Source of the DNA: Bdellovibrionales bacterium | Lineage (GTDB): Bacteria > Bdellovibrionota > Bdellovibrionia > Bdellovibrionales > UBA1609 | Assembly (NCBI GenBank): GCA_965261545.1 | Contig: CBDHDF010000010.1 | Coordinates: forward strand, 288,001 to 352,000 | Length of the DNA stretch: 64,000 nucleotides | Direction: 5' to 3' | Part shown: piece by piece, positions 52,505 through 62,226 of the stretch | Layout of the letters: the number at the start of each line of letters is the position of its first letter | Position numbering within the stretch: the first letter of the stretch is position 1 | Notes under the pieces: generated by a model | The model's database searches: none | What the model saw: the letters and a program-made list of their open reading frames with translations, nothing else | What the model was told of the DNA's origin: nothing | Made by a program: the position numbers and the translations under genes

Positions 52505-54617
52505 CTCTCCCGCGTACTTTTTAAACGACTTTTCTGTCGGAGAATAATGGAAATAAATGGGGGTACCGCACACGACGATATCTCGCCACACTCTTTCTTC
52601 TAAGCATCTCAGTATCTTAAGATGTTTCTGATTGATACACAATTTTTTTATGAACCTATGATTTATGATTGCCTCGTGATTGCATTTGATAAAAGCGAGC
52701 GTACTCTCCACTAAGGGCGATAAGTTCTTCGTGTCGCCCTTGTTCAAAGATGGCGCCATCTTTGAGAACAAGAATGCGGTCGGCTTTGACGAGGGTGGAA
52801 AGCCTGTGTGCAATCACAAGAGATGTACGTCCTTGCATCAGTTGATCTAAGCCTTTTTGCACCTCCAGCTCACTTTCTGAATCGAGAGCACTGGTGGCTT
52901 CGTCGAGGATGAGAATGGGAGCGTCCTTATAAATAGCTCTTGCTATACTAATTCGTTGTTTCTCTCCTCCAGAGAGGCGGCTTCCCTTTTCGCCCACTCG
53001 GCTGGCGTAGCTCCCCTGAATAGCAGAAATAAAGCTGTGGGCATTGGCCATTTCAGCGGCTTCCACAACTCCACTTTCTTGTTTGACCTGTTTCGTGAGG
53101 CTTCCAAGGCGGATATTATTTTCGATAGAATCTGAAAAGAGAAAGATATCTTGAGTGACAAGGGCAATATTTTTTCTAAGGTCTTTGAGTTCTATTTCTG
53201 TGATGGGAATCTCATCAATAAGGATTTGCCCCCACTGGGGTTCGTAAAATCTTTCGAGTAAATTGACAAGAGTGGATTTGCCACTACCGCTGGATCCAAC
53301 AATGGCCAACATTTCCCCACGGTGAATGGAGAAATTGAGACCACTGAGAACTTCCCTTCCATTCTCAAAGGAGAAGCTGACATTGCGATACTCAATGGCA
53401 CTCCAATTTTTTGGAAATTTCTGCTTTGGAAATTTCTTTTTTGAAGTGGTCTCGGAGCTTGGAGCTTGGAGAATACTTTCCATGCGTTTTATGGCGACGG
53501 CGGCTTGCTGAAGTCTGATATAGGCATACTGACTTTTCTTGAGACCATCTGCAAGAAACCCACTGGCTGTAATAAACTCTATAAAGGAAGAAACTTCAAC
53601 CCCATCACTATGGGAGATTTGGAGGCCCAAGATATAAAGAGTTGTGGCTAGGGCAACAGCTAAAACAGATTCAGCCATGGGTCCCGCAGCTTCCTCTCTT
53701 TTCAGTATAGACCTGCGTGTTCTTAGAAATTGTGTGGCACCACTGTCAAAGCGTTTTTTCATCTCCCCTTCAAGGTTAAAGGATTGAATGACTTGGGCTC
53801 CATCGAGACTTTCTTTAAGTGTGCTGGTGAGTTCCTCCATAATCTGCTGGTTTCTATGGCCGTACTTTCTTAGACTCCGAGAAAATTTCTTGAGAATTAT
53901 GGGAATCACGAGGATGAGTGCAAAGATCATAAAAAGAAACTTTAAGTCAATGAAAGCAATAATGACGATACTGATTAAAACCAGGGCGGGCTGACTGAAT
54001 AAATCACTGATTCTTGGCAAATTTTCGTGAACGATTTGTAGGTCGTTGATAAGGTGGCTAATAAGTCCTCCCGATCCTTTGGAAAGACTTTCTCGATAGG
54101 AGAAGCTCAAGCGTAAATATTTATCCATTAATTTGCGACGGAGGTTGATGATGACAGTGTCGACGATATATTTGGTCCAGAACATATTGATAAAACGACC
54201 GGCACCTATCATGAGCCAGCCACAGGCCAGGGCCACAGGGATTTGCCATGCCAATTCTTGGTTTCCCTTTTCCCAAGCATCTGTGAGACTTCCAAGAAGG
54301 GGGCCTGTTGTTGATTTAAGTCCGCTGACAAGCACTCCAGCAAGGAGGACAAAAAAAAGCTTAAGCTTAAAGGGCTGTAACTCGGGCCATATGCGAGCCC
54401 ACATATTTTTCATAGCTTTTACATACAGCGATTTGTTTCATCACACAAGCCGCCTTGAAGAACCAGGAAAGCCAGTTTTGCAGTAGACCACCCAGGGCTT
54501 AATTGACGCCTTGGGACCCCGTGGACCTTGTGGGAGTGGTCGGTTTTGGGTTTTGATCTACGAACACATATATCGTATCAAAGATATTTATATGTTAGCA
54601 AAAACCCTGAGGCATTA
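52505..54617 (-). repeat. Array unit A, copy 1 (full ABC gene; 112-bp upstream deletion)
   Basis: Shares both boundaries (ctctcccgcgtac and ccctgaggcatta) with copies 2 and 3. Confidence 0.85.
52656..54413 (-). CDS. ABC exporter, fused permease/ATPase, MsbA-like
   Basis: TM domain plus GSSGSGKST, LSGGEKQR, ILDEATSALD, IAHRLST. Confidence 0.92.
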   Translation of the reverse strand: MKNMWARIWPELQPFKLKLFFVLLAGVLVSGLKSTTGPLLGSLTDAWEKGNQELAWQIPVALACGWLMIGAGRFINMFWTKYIVDTVIINLRRKLMDKYLRLSFSYRESLSKGSGGLISHLINDLQIVHENLPRISDLFSQPALVLISIVIIAFIDLKFLFMIFALILVIPIILKKFSRSLRKYGHRNQQIMEELTSTLKESLDGAQVIQSFNLEGEMKKRFDSGATQFLRTRRSILKREEAAGPMAESVLAVALATTLYILGLQISHSDGVEVSSFIEFITASGFLADGLKKSQYAYIRLQQAAVAIKRMESILQAPSSETTSKKKFPKQKFPKNWSAIEYRNVSFSFENGREVLSGLNFSIHRGEMLAIVGSSGSGKSTLVNLLERFYEPQWGQILIDEIPITEIELKDLRKNIALVTQDIFLFSDSIENNIRLGSLTKQVKQESGVVEAAEMANAHSFISAIQGSYASRVGEKGSRLSGGEKQRISIARAIYKDAPILILDEATSALDSESELEVQKGLDQLMQGRTSLVIAHRLSTLVKADRILVLKDGAIFEQGRHEELIALSGEYARFYQMQSRGNHKS

Positions 54618-55012
54618 GGTCAGGTTAAGATTTTTACTTTTTTTGGAGAGCCTTGATTTCGTCTTCAGAAAGCCCTGTTGCTTCGGATATCTCCAAAGCC
54701 TCCTGTCCTTTTAAAATCATCTTTAAAGCAATGGCCTCTCTTTCTTCCCTTCGCCCTTTTTCAAGCCCTCTTTCAAGCCCCTCTTCATGAGCTGTGTCGA
54801 TTTGTGATAAACGATCTCGACGCTGCTTATCTTCAGCTTCAAGTCGTTCTCGCATGAGTTCGTCTTGAGACAAATTCCACAGATTTTTGACGGCTCTTCC
54901 CATGTCCCTTCCTTTTTTGGCTAGCTCTTGGCTGGTTTGTTGATCTAACTCATCCGACCTCTTTAAGAAATAGCACCACGCTTCACGCTGGTCAACAAGG
55001 CTGTCTAATCTG

Positions 55013-56655
55013 CAGAAATTCCCGCCGAGCTTGAAAAAACATTGAAATTCCTCCAAATCTCAGTGTGAGAATTGCACTGCATCGAATAAGGTAAACCTCC
55101 CCGTCTTCGCCATTTAGAGGCGAATATCCAGACTTTAGTTTAGGGCAAATACGTTAAACTCTTTGGGGCACTTTGAGAAAAATGGCTGCTCATGATGTGT
55201 CGAAAACATCTGAGGCAGCAATAGGCTTAATCCCATAAGCCATTATGGCGAGGAGTTCCTGCCAATTTTTAAAGTATAGGGTATGGAAATACCCCCTTAT
55301 ATGATCCCATAGATAAGATAGTCTCCTCTCTTTTTCTACCGCCTTTTGAAACAATTTACAGGCCAAATGTTGAAGTTGGTCCACTAAAAATACCAGCATC
55401 ATAATCACGGCTAAATTGTTACACAAATTTTGCTTGCCGTGGCCAAAATTGTGCTCAAAGTTGTAACCCAAATTCTTTAACGTATTAAATGTTTCATTTT
55501 CTATCTTCCAGCGTGCTCTTCCCCCCCTCATTATTTGCATTATGTTGTCTTCGTTGATCTCAATGTCAGTCACCCAGCTAAAGTGCTGAACCTTACCGTT
55601 TGCTTTCGTTTCTTTGTATTCAATAAAATTCACTCGACAATCAGGATTTGAATCATTGAGTGAAACATCATTTATGAATCGAAATTCATGTGTCACTCCA
55701 TTCTCTACCACGGTGAAGTGAGAAACTGTTCCTAAGCTATCTGCTCCATTTACAAACTCAAATAAAACTTTGTGGTCCCCCATCTTACAGCCTAAAATAT
55801 AACTTAATTTTAATTCGTTAAGAAGAGTGATGTGAGGAGCATTGGAAGCCAATCCATCCTCAATAACAATCACTGGAAGGTGAGGGTGTTCCCTGCGAAA
55901 ATCTTCAAGGAGTCGTTTGGCTGCATTACGCTCACAATCATTTTTGCTCGATCCATCTGTGTTTGAAATGGGCTCTGGAGCAATAGGTATAACCTGTTTC
56001 TTATCGGGGTGAACAATCACTCCTGCTAACATTTGATGATAGTAGGTCTTCGTCTCATCACGATGATTCTTTATACAACAATTCTCACAATGAATAGTCG
56101 AGGAGCTAAAGGCACCTGTTCCATCAATGCTGAGAAGATATTTTCCACCCAAATATGGGTAACCCTCCAAAACCTTCCCTCTTTGAGCTACGGTAAACAA
56201 AGATTTAAAAAAATTTTGAAACTCACGGGTTGGAACAGGATCTAAAATCTCTCGCATAGCCGTATCACTAGGAATTTGGCCTATTTGAAACAAATGGTGT
56301 AGGTTGTTTTTTGCCACTGGGTCATGGACACGATCACAAAACTGAAGCATGGATGGGTCTTTCAAGGCAAACATTGCCACAGATGACATAATGGCATCGC
56401 TCAGAGGAATCCTATGGGGACGCTGCGATCTTATATCTGGAACTGTAAGAGATTTACTGTGTAACAGGGAATACATTCCTGAAGCGGATAGACCTTTTCT
56501 AAAATGTTGATGCGACATGACGAACCCTCCTTGGTCTGATGTGCAACAACAAATATTCAAACAGATACTTAGGCAAAAGTCTACGAACTCTTTTTGAGGC
56601 GAATCTTTTGGAAGCCACTACTGTGGCCTAAACTATTTTTCGACGGGAATTGCTG
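55013..56655 (-). mobile_element. DDE insertion sequence (ISNCY-type, family tentative), 1643 bp
   Basis: TIRs cagaaattcccgccga / cagcaattcccgtcga; 9-bp TSD tctaatctg (55004..55012, 56656..56664), confirmed against the intact Rpn copy. Confidence 0.92.
55190..56518 (-). CDS. DDE transposase, intact
   Basis: SIDGTG, KNDCERNAAKR, EDGL, GRARWKIENETFN.LK, EHNFGHG; SD aaggagg. Confidence 0.92.
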   Translation of the reverse strand: MSHQHFRKGLSASGMYSLLHSKSLTVPDIRSQRPHRIPLSDAIMSSVAMFALKDPSMLQFCDRVHDPVAKNNLHHLFQIGQIPSDTAMREILDPVPTREFQNFFKSLFTVAQRGKVLEGYPYLGGKYLLSIDGTGAFSSSTIHCENCCIKNHRDETKTYYHQMLAGVIVHPDKKQVIPIAPEPISNTDGSSKNDCERNAAKRLLEDFRREHPHLPVIVIEDGLASNAPHITLLNELKLSYILGCKMGDHKVLFEFVNGADSLGTVSHFTVVENGVTHEFRFINDVSLNDSNPDCRVNFIEYKETKANGKVQHFSWVTDIEINEDNIMQIMRGGRARWKIENETFNTLKNLGYNFEHNFGHGKQNLCNNLAVIMMLVFLVDQLQHLACKLFQKAVEKERRLSYLWDHIRGYFHTLYFKNWQELLAIMAYGIKPIAASDVFDTS

Positions 56656-57276
56656 TCTAATCTGCCAATGAACTTGTTCAATTCTACAATGACAAATTGC
56701 ATACCATCGGTGAGCCTCAAATGAGGGTATCTATCCTGCCTCATGCTGCATGTATGGTAATAATTGTTGTTGTCCTTGCGTAGCTCAGGAAGGTCCACAG
56801 TACTGAAAACAAGGGAGTAAACAGTTCTTAATTTCTCGTATCTTTCTCCTTCTTTCACTTGATTGGAGTAGACCCGTCCAGCATAGGCAAGAAGGCGATT
56901 TGTGAAGTCTCTTTGGGAGACGGTTTGCATCTCCACATTCACAGTTTCATTTGCGACCCACTCCCCATTGGACAATTGTCGAGAAATGCGAAGCTTCATG
57001 TCCAAGATGAAGGTTTTTCCCGAAGGCTTGCTCGCCTCTGAAGAGTTTTCCTCGGTATCTAACAGTTGAACATGCTCCACCCGACAACCGAGTGGCAAGG
57101 GAAGAAAATCCTGCAACAAAGGCTTGAGCAAGTCCTGGTCATGCTTAAAAAATGCTTTAAAAGTGTTATCAAGGGTTAAGCAAAGGGGAGGGAGGGATTT
57201 TTTCATAAGTAAAAATTATGCATCTCGCTTTGGAGTAAAGTCAATGTATGTTTTCATTTACAGTTGTAGCCTACAA

Positions 57277-57997
57277 CTCTCCCGCGTACTTTTTAAACGA
57301 TTTGTAGGTCGTTGATAAGGTGGCTAATAAGTCCTCCCGATCCTTTGGAAAGACTTTCTCGATAGGAGAAGCTCAAGCGTAAATATTTATCGATTAATTT
57401 GCGACGGAGGTTGATGATGACAGTGTCGACAATATATTTGGTCCAGAACATATTGATAAAACGATCGGCACCTATCATGAGCCAGCCACAGGCCAGGGCC
57501 ACAGGGATTTGCCATGCCAATTCTTGGTTTCCCTTTTCCCAAGCATCTGTGAGACTTCCAAGAAGGGGGCCTGTTGTTGATTTAAGTCCGCTGACAAGCA
57601 CTCCAGCAAGGAGGACAAAAAAAAGCTTAAGCTTAAAGGGCTGTAACTCGGGCCATATGCGAGCCCACATATTTTTCATAGCTTTTACATACAGCGGTTT
57701 GTTCCATCACACAAGCCGACCTTGAAGACCAAGGAAAGCCAGTGTTGCAGTTGACCTCCCAAGGGTTTAATTGACGCCCTGGGACCCCGTGGACCTTGTG
57801 GGAGTGGTCGTTTGCTCATCTTGATCTTGGAACTGATTTTTCTAGTGCTATTAGCTCAATCCCCGATGGGCGGCTCAAAATCAAATGGATATCTACCCCT
57901 TGCCTCAAAGTGTTTGTGGTCGGTTTTGGGTTTTGATCTACGAACACATATATCGTATCAAAGATATTTATATGTTAGCAAAAACCCTGAGGCATTA
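57277..57997 (-). repeat. Array unit A, copy 2 (1506-bp internal deletion)
   Basis: Joins the 54030 position to the 52524 position through aacga microhomology. Confidence 0.9.
57293..57679 (-). pseudogene. Truncated 5' copy of the MsbA-like gene (128 aa)
   Basis: Near-identical to the first 128 codons of 52656..54413, followed by TAA. Confidence 0.93.
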
Positions 57998-58013
57998 GGT
58001 CAGGTTAAGATTT

Positions 58014-58946
58014 TTACTTTTTTTGGAGAGCCTTGATTTCGTCTTCAGAAAGCCCTGTTGCTTCGGATATCTCCAAAGCCTCCTGTCCTTTTAAAATCAT
58101 CTTTAAAGCAATGGCCTCTCTTTCTTCCCTTCGCCCTTTTTCAAGCCCTCTTTCAAGCCCTCTTTCAAGCCCCTCTTCATGGGCTGTGTCGATTTGTGAT
58201 AAACGATCTCGACGCTGCTTATCTTCAGCTTCAAGTCGTTCTCGCATGAGTTCGTCTTGAGACAAATTCCACAGATTTTTGACGGCTCTTCCCATGTCCC
58301 TTCCTTTTTTGGCTAGCTCTTGGCTGGTTTGTTGATCTAACTCATCCGACCTCTTTAAGAAATAGCACCACGCTTCACGCTGGTCAACAAGGCTGTCTAA
58401 TCTGCCAATGAACTTGTTCAATTCTACAATGACAAATTGCATACCATCGGTGAGCCTCAAATGAGGGTATCTATCCTGCCTCATGCTGCATGTATGGTAA
58501 TAATTGTTGTTGTCCTTGCGTAGCTCAGGAAGGTCCACAGTACTGAAAACAAGGGAGTAAACAGTTCTTAATTTCTCGTATCTTTCTCCTTCTTTCACTT
58601 GATTGGAGTAGACCCGTCCAGCATAGGCAAGAAGGCGATTTGTGAAGTCTCTTTGGGAGATGGTTTGCATCTCCACATTCACAGTTTCATTTGCGACCCA
58701 CTCCCCATTGGACAATTGTCGAGAAATGCGAAGCTTCATGTCCAAGATGAAGGTTTTTCCCGAAGGCTTGCTCGCCTCTGAAGAGTTTTCCTCGGTATCT
58801 AACAGTTGAACATGCTCCACCCGACAACCGAGTGGCAAGGGAAGAAAATCCTGCAACAAAGGCTTGAGCAAGTCCTGGTCATGCTTAAAAAATGCTTTAA
58901 AAGTGTTATCAAGGGTTAAGCAAAGGGGAGGGAGGGATTTTTTCAT
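58014..58946 (-). CDS. Rpn family recombination-promoting nuclease / putative transposase, intact copy 2
   Basis: D..FK..F, ILDM, NVEMQ (PD-(D/E)xQ core), R...Y....Y..Q, VELNKF, EEGLERG repeats, C-terminal ISEATGLS HTH. Confidence 0.93.
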   Translation of the reverse strand: MKKSLPPLCLTLDNTFKAFFKHDQDLLKPLLQDFLPLPLGCRVEHVQLLDTEENSSEASKPSGKTFILDMKLRISRQLSNGEWVANETVNVEMQTISQRDFTNRLLAYAGRVYSNQVKEGERYEKLRTVYSLVFSTVDLPELRKDNNNYYHTCSMRQDRYPHLRLTDGMQFVIVELNKFIGRLDSLVDQREAWCYFLKRSDELDQQTSQELAKKGRDMGRAVKNLWNLSQDELMRERLEAEDKQRRDRLSQIDTAHEEGLERGLERGLEKGRREEREAIALKMILKGQEALEISEATGLSEDEIKALQKK

Positions 58947-58954
58947 AAGTAAAA

Positions 58955-58984
58955 ATTATGCATCTCGCTTTGGAGTAAAGTCAA
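58955..58984 (-). promoter_or_regulatory. Putative sigma70 promoter of rpn (TTGACT-18-CATAAT), 8 nt before the ATG; identical copy at 57215..57244
   Basis: Read directly; no SD between the -10 and the ATG. Confidence 0.55.
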
Positions 58985-59460
58985 TGTATGTTTTCATTTA
59001 CAGTTGTAGCCTACAACTCTCCCGCGTACTTTTTAAACGATTTGTAGGTCGTTGATAAGGTGGCTAATAAGTCCTCCCGCTTTGGAAAGACTTTCTCGAT
59101 AGGAGAAGCTCAAGCGTAAATATTTATCCATTAATTTGCGACGGAGGTTGATGATGACAGTGTCGACGATATATTTGGTCCAGAACATATTGATAAAACG
59201 ACCGGCATCTATCATGAGCCAGCCACAGGCCAGGGCCACAGGGATTTGCCATGCCAATTCTTGGTTTCCCTTTTCCCAAGCATCTGTGAGACTTCCAAGA
59301 AGGGGGCCTGTTGTTGATTTAAGTCCGCTGACAAGCACTCCAACTCCAACAAGGAGGACAAAAAAAAGCTTAAGCTTAAAGGGTGTTAGCTGACAATTAA
59401 AATGCCCCACCGTCGCCAATGAAAAGTGGCCACTTTTCAGAGGAGGACCTATGGTGATTT

Positions 59461-59489
59461 TTGGCATTGTCAACCGAGACGCATATAAT
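59461..59489 (+). promoter_or_regulatory. Near-consensus sigma70 promoter TTGGCA-17-TATAAT inside the IS21 left end
   Basis: Read directly. Confidence 0.65.
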
Positions 59490-59510
59490 CAATTGATATT
59501 ACTCATAAAA

Positions 59511-59595
59511 AGGCTCCGAGCTGATAAGAACTCCTTTTGGGTTCTTGTCGACCTGGAAAGGGGCTCCGTGTTGGAGAGTCCTTCCATGACAGCCT
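59511..59595 (+). ncRNA. Candidate structured RNA (three-way junction)
   Basis: aggct/agcct closing stem around two hairpins; G-U pairs favour the + strand; lies just after the promoter; no family recognised. Confidence 0.35.
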
Positions 59596-59950
59596 ATTCA
59601 GGTTCCATATTTCTCATTTGTAGACTGTTTCTGGATTTCAATGAGGTTAAATATATAGTCAAGAAAAGCCTGTTTAGGCTGTGCCCATTTTCTAAAGTAT
59701 TTAAATTCCACAAGATTCCAACATTTGCCTCAATTTTCATGGAATTTCTTTTTGAAGACAGGCTTCCCTTAAAGCCGTCGCCAATTAAAATGTCCCACTT
59801 TCAATATGGAGGTTGTCGCCAATGAAAAGTGACCAATCTTCAGGGAGTGTTCAAATACTAGACAATGAAGTCTCTTCTTCTGATATAGATACTAAGCTCA
59901 CAGAGTCCCTCCCTTTTGCAACTCAAAAGGTTAGCAATGAGGAGGATCTT

Positions 59951-61417
59951 ATGATTAGTCAATACACTTTCGGCCGCATTCGTGACCTGAGTCACAGTGG
60001 TAAAAATAAGACAGAAATATCTCGTGAATTAGGGATCAATCGTAAGACGGTGCGCAAGTACTGTAAGTCCAACACCCCACCGAAGTACAAGGCGAGGTCC
60101 AAAAGAACTCGCCCAGATCCCCTTAATGGATATATGGATCGGGTGAAGTACTTTTTGAAGTTGAACCCAAGTAACACCGCCCGTGAAATATATGAGCTAT
60201 TAGTTGAGGAGGGTTATCGTGGGAGTGAGAGAACGGTTCAGAGAAGAGTTTGTGAGATTCTTGGTTCTCGCCCCAAGGAGCGTTTTTTCAGCCAAAGATA
60301 TGATCCTGGAGAACAGGCTCAGTTTGATTTTAAGGAGAAGGTTGCTTTACCATTTGCCGATGGTGTTCAGATCGTTCATCTCCATTTTGGAACATTGCCT
60401 TGTAGTGGCACCTGTTGGGTTCGTGCCTACCCCTTTCTTGTCTATGAGTGTTTCATCGATGGGGTGCATGCTTTTTTTGAAAAGATAGGTGGGATGAGTG
60501 CGAACATCCGTATTGATAATTTATCTCCCTGTGTGAAGAAAGTTCTTAAAGGAAATCAGCGAATTTACACCCAATCTTTTGATCGAGCCATCCAATACTA
60601 TGGATTTAAGGTTCTTCCCTGCCGCGCAGGGAAGGGCTCTGACAAGGGAGATGTGGAGCGTGATATTCGAACCTTCAGTTCTCGGATAAAAAATATTGTT
60701 AGAAACAAAGGAATTGTTTTTAAAGACTGGGATCATTTGAATCAGTTTTTAGAGTCTTATATGGATCAGCATCAGAGTGACTCCACCAAATCTCGCTTTG
60801 AGGAGGAGGCCAAAGTTCTTAAGCCTTTGCCTCCACGAGATGAAGATATTCTCTGTAAGGTGAATATTTGTCAAAGTAATGGTTATGGGACTTTGAGAAT
60901 AGGTAAAACCACATATTCCATACCTGATGAGGTGATCCAATCTCCCTGTAAAACCGTACAGGGTCCCTATCATGTCACGATCTATCGTGCAGGAGGGAAG
61001 CAAGAAATTGTCGCTCGCCATCAAAGAAAACCTGATGGGGAGCATAGTCTTCTTCTTGAACATATCCTTCCCTCTTTAGTTCGTAAGCCGCAAGCCATGG
61101 TAAGATGGGCTCACCGATCCATTCTTTTTCCAACAAATGTGTTTGAAAATTTTTATCAATACCTCAAGCAACAAGATTCAAGCCGTGCCGAGCATGAATA
61201 TTTAAGAGTTATCAACTTGATTCAGCATGTGAGTTGGCAGGACTTATCTACAGCCATGGAGCTTCAATTAGAAAGTCGTGAGATTTTCGACTTTAAATCC
61301 ATAAAAGATTTGCTCTTAGGAAATCCCACCAAAATTAATTTGAATGACCAACAAAAACCACTTCAACCTAGATTGTCTCAATATGACAGTCTTGTTCCAA
61401 ACATAGGAGGTTCTTAA
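59951..61417 (+). CDS. istA: IS21 transposase IstA
   Basis: HTH ISRELGINRKTVRKY, PGEQAQFDF, IDN, DKGDVER; SD gaggagg before ATG 59951. Confidence 0.95.
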   Translation: MISQYTFGRIRDLSHSGKNKTEISRELGINRKTVRKYCKSNTPPKYKARSKRTRPDPLNGYMDRVKYFLKLNPSNTAREIYELLVEEGYRGSERTVQRRVCEILGSRPKERFFSQRYDPGEQAQFDFKEKVALPFADGVQIVHLHFGTLPCSGTCWVRAYPFLVYECFIDGVHAFFEKIGGMSANIRIDNLSPCVKKVLKGNQRIYTQSFDRAIQYYGFKVLPCRAGKGSDKGDVERDIRTFSSRIKNIVRNKGIVFKDWDHLNQFLESYMDQHQSDSTKSRFEEEAKVLKPLPPRDEDILCKVNICQSNGYGTLRIGKTTYSIPDEVIQSPCKTVQGPYHVTIYRAGGKQEIVARHQRKPDGEHSLLLEHILPSLVRKPQAMVRWAHRSILFPTNVFENFYQYLKQQDSSRAEHEYLRVINLIQHVSWQDLSTAMELQLESREIFDFKSIKDLLLGNPTKINLNDQQKPLQPRLSQYDSLVPNIGGS

Positions 61418-62199
61418 TGAATCACGAAGAACTTATAGGTTCTCTTAAAAAACTCCGACTTCCAGCGATGGCGGATGAATATGTTGCAACGGCTAGAGTT
61501 GCCGAAAAAACAAAAAAGACGTATGAACAGTATTTAGGTATACTCGTTCAAAATGAGCTTGCTGACAAGCATTCCCAGAGAGTGAAAAGATTGCTTAAGG
61601 GGGCCAAGCTTCCTCAACTTAAATCACTCCAAACTTATAACTTCCAGAAAAGAACGGGAGTGACAGCTCAGCAAATTAATTGGATGGCAGAGGGAGAGTG
61701 GGTCAGAAAAGCCTGTAATGTTGTGTTTTACGGAAGCTTTGGAATGGGGAAAAGTCATTTGGCCATGTCCCTAGTTCGTTCACTCTGTGAACAAGGCTAT
61801 CGATGTTTATGGGTCACCACTCATGAACTTATTGAAACAATGCGTGAAAGCAAGAAAGAACTCTCATTGAATGCTCTTTTTAAGAAATTAGACCGTTTTG
61901 ATCTTATTGCTTGTGATGAACTTGGCTATACAGCTTCCTGCACAGAGGGGGCAGATCTTTTCTTTCAATTCATATCTCAGCGATATGAAAGGAAAAGTCT
62001 CATGATCACTACAAACTTAACATACTCTGAATGGGATAAGGTGTTTCTTAACCCTATTACCACCGCTGCTGCTGTTGATCGAATCATTCACAACTGTGAA
62101 ACCCTCAACATTGAAGGAAAAGAAAGTTGGAGAACCGAATCGGCAAAAGCCAAGTCTAAACAGAGCAAAGAGGAAAGTTCAACCAAAGAAGTTCATTAG
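61417..62199 (+). CDS. istB: IS21 helper AAA+ ATPase IstB
   Basis: GSFGMGKSH, DELGY, RYE, ITTN, DRIIH; TAATG coupling with istA. Confidence 0.95.
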   Translation: MNHEELIGSLKKLRLPAMADEYVATARVAEKTKKTYEQYLGILVQNELADKHSQRVKRLLKGAKLPQLKSLQTYNFQKRTGVTAQQINWMAEGEWVRKACNVVFYGSFGMGKSHLAMSLVRSLCEQGYRCLWVTTHELIETMRESKKELSLNALFKKLDRFDLIACDELGYTASCTEGADLFFQFISQRYERKSLMITTNLTYSEWDKVFLNPITTAAAVDRIIHNCETLNIEGKESWRTESAKAKSKQSKEESSTKEVH

Positions 62200-62226
62200 A
62201 GATCCCCACTTTTGGGGAAGGAACTC

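Larger units (their letters stand above)
54634..57206 (-). pseudogene. Rpn-family PD-(D/E)XK nuclease, copy 1, split by an IS at 55013..56655
   Basis: Near-identical to 58014..58946 once the IS and one TSD are removed; one fewer 12-bp repeat. Confidence 0.93.

Noticed and set aside
52490..52813. 107-aa ORF overlapping the ABC gene 3' end as a real gene
   Set aside because: Its first half is an alternative frame of the transporter; the remainder is at most a transposase scrap
56516..56535. IS256-cargo hairpin loops as antisense guides against this transposase RBS
   Set aside because: Pairing needs several bulges, and SD-like complementarity is generic
59511..59595. Hammerhead ribozyme (ctgat...gaaa)
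   Set aside because: Core reads CTGATAA, not CTGANGA, and GAAA does not directly follow stem II
59451..59825. 124-aa ORF in the IS21 left end, and the 46-aa N-terminal extension of istA
   Set aside because: No recognisable domain; overlaps the promoter and end repeats; a strong SD supports the istA start at 59951
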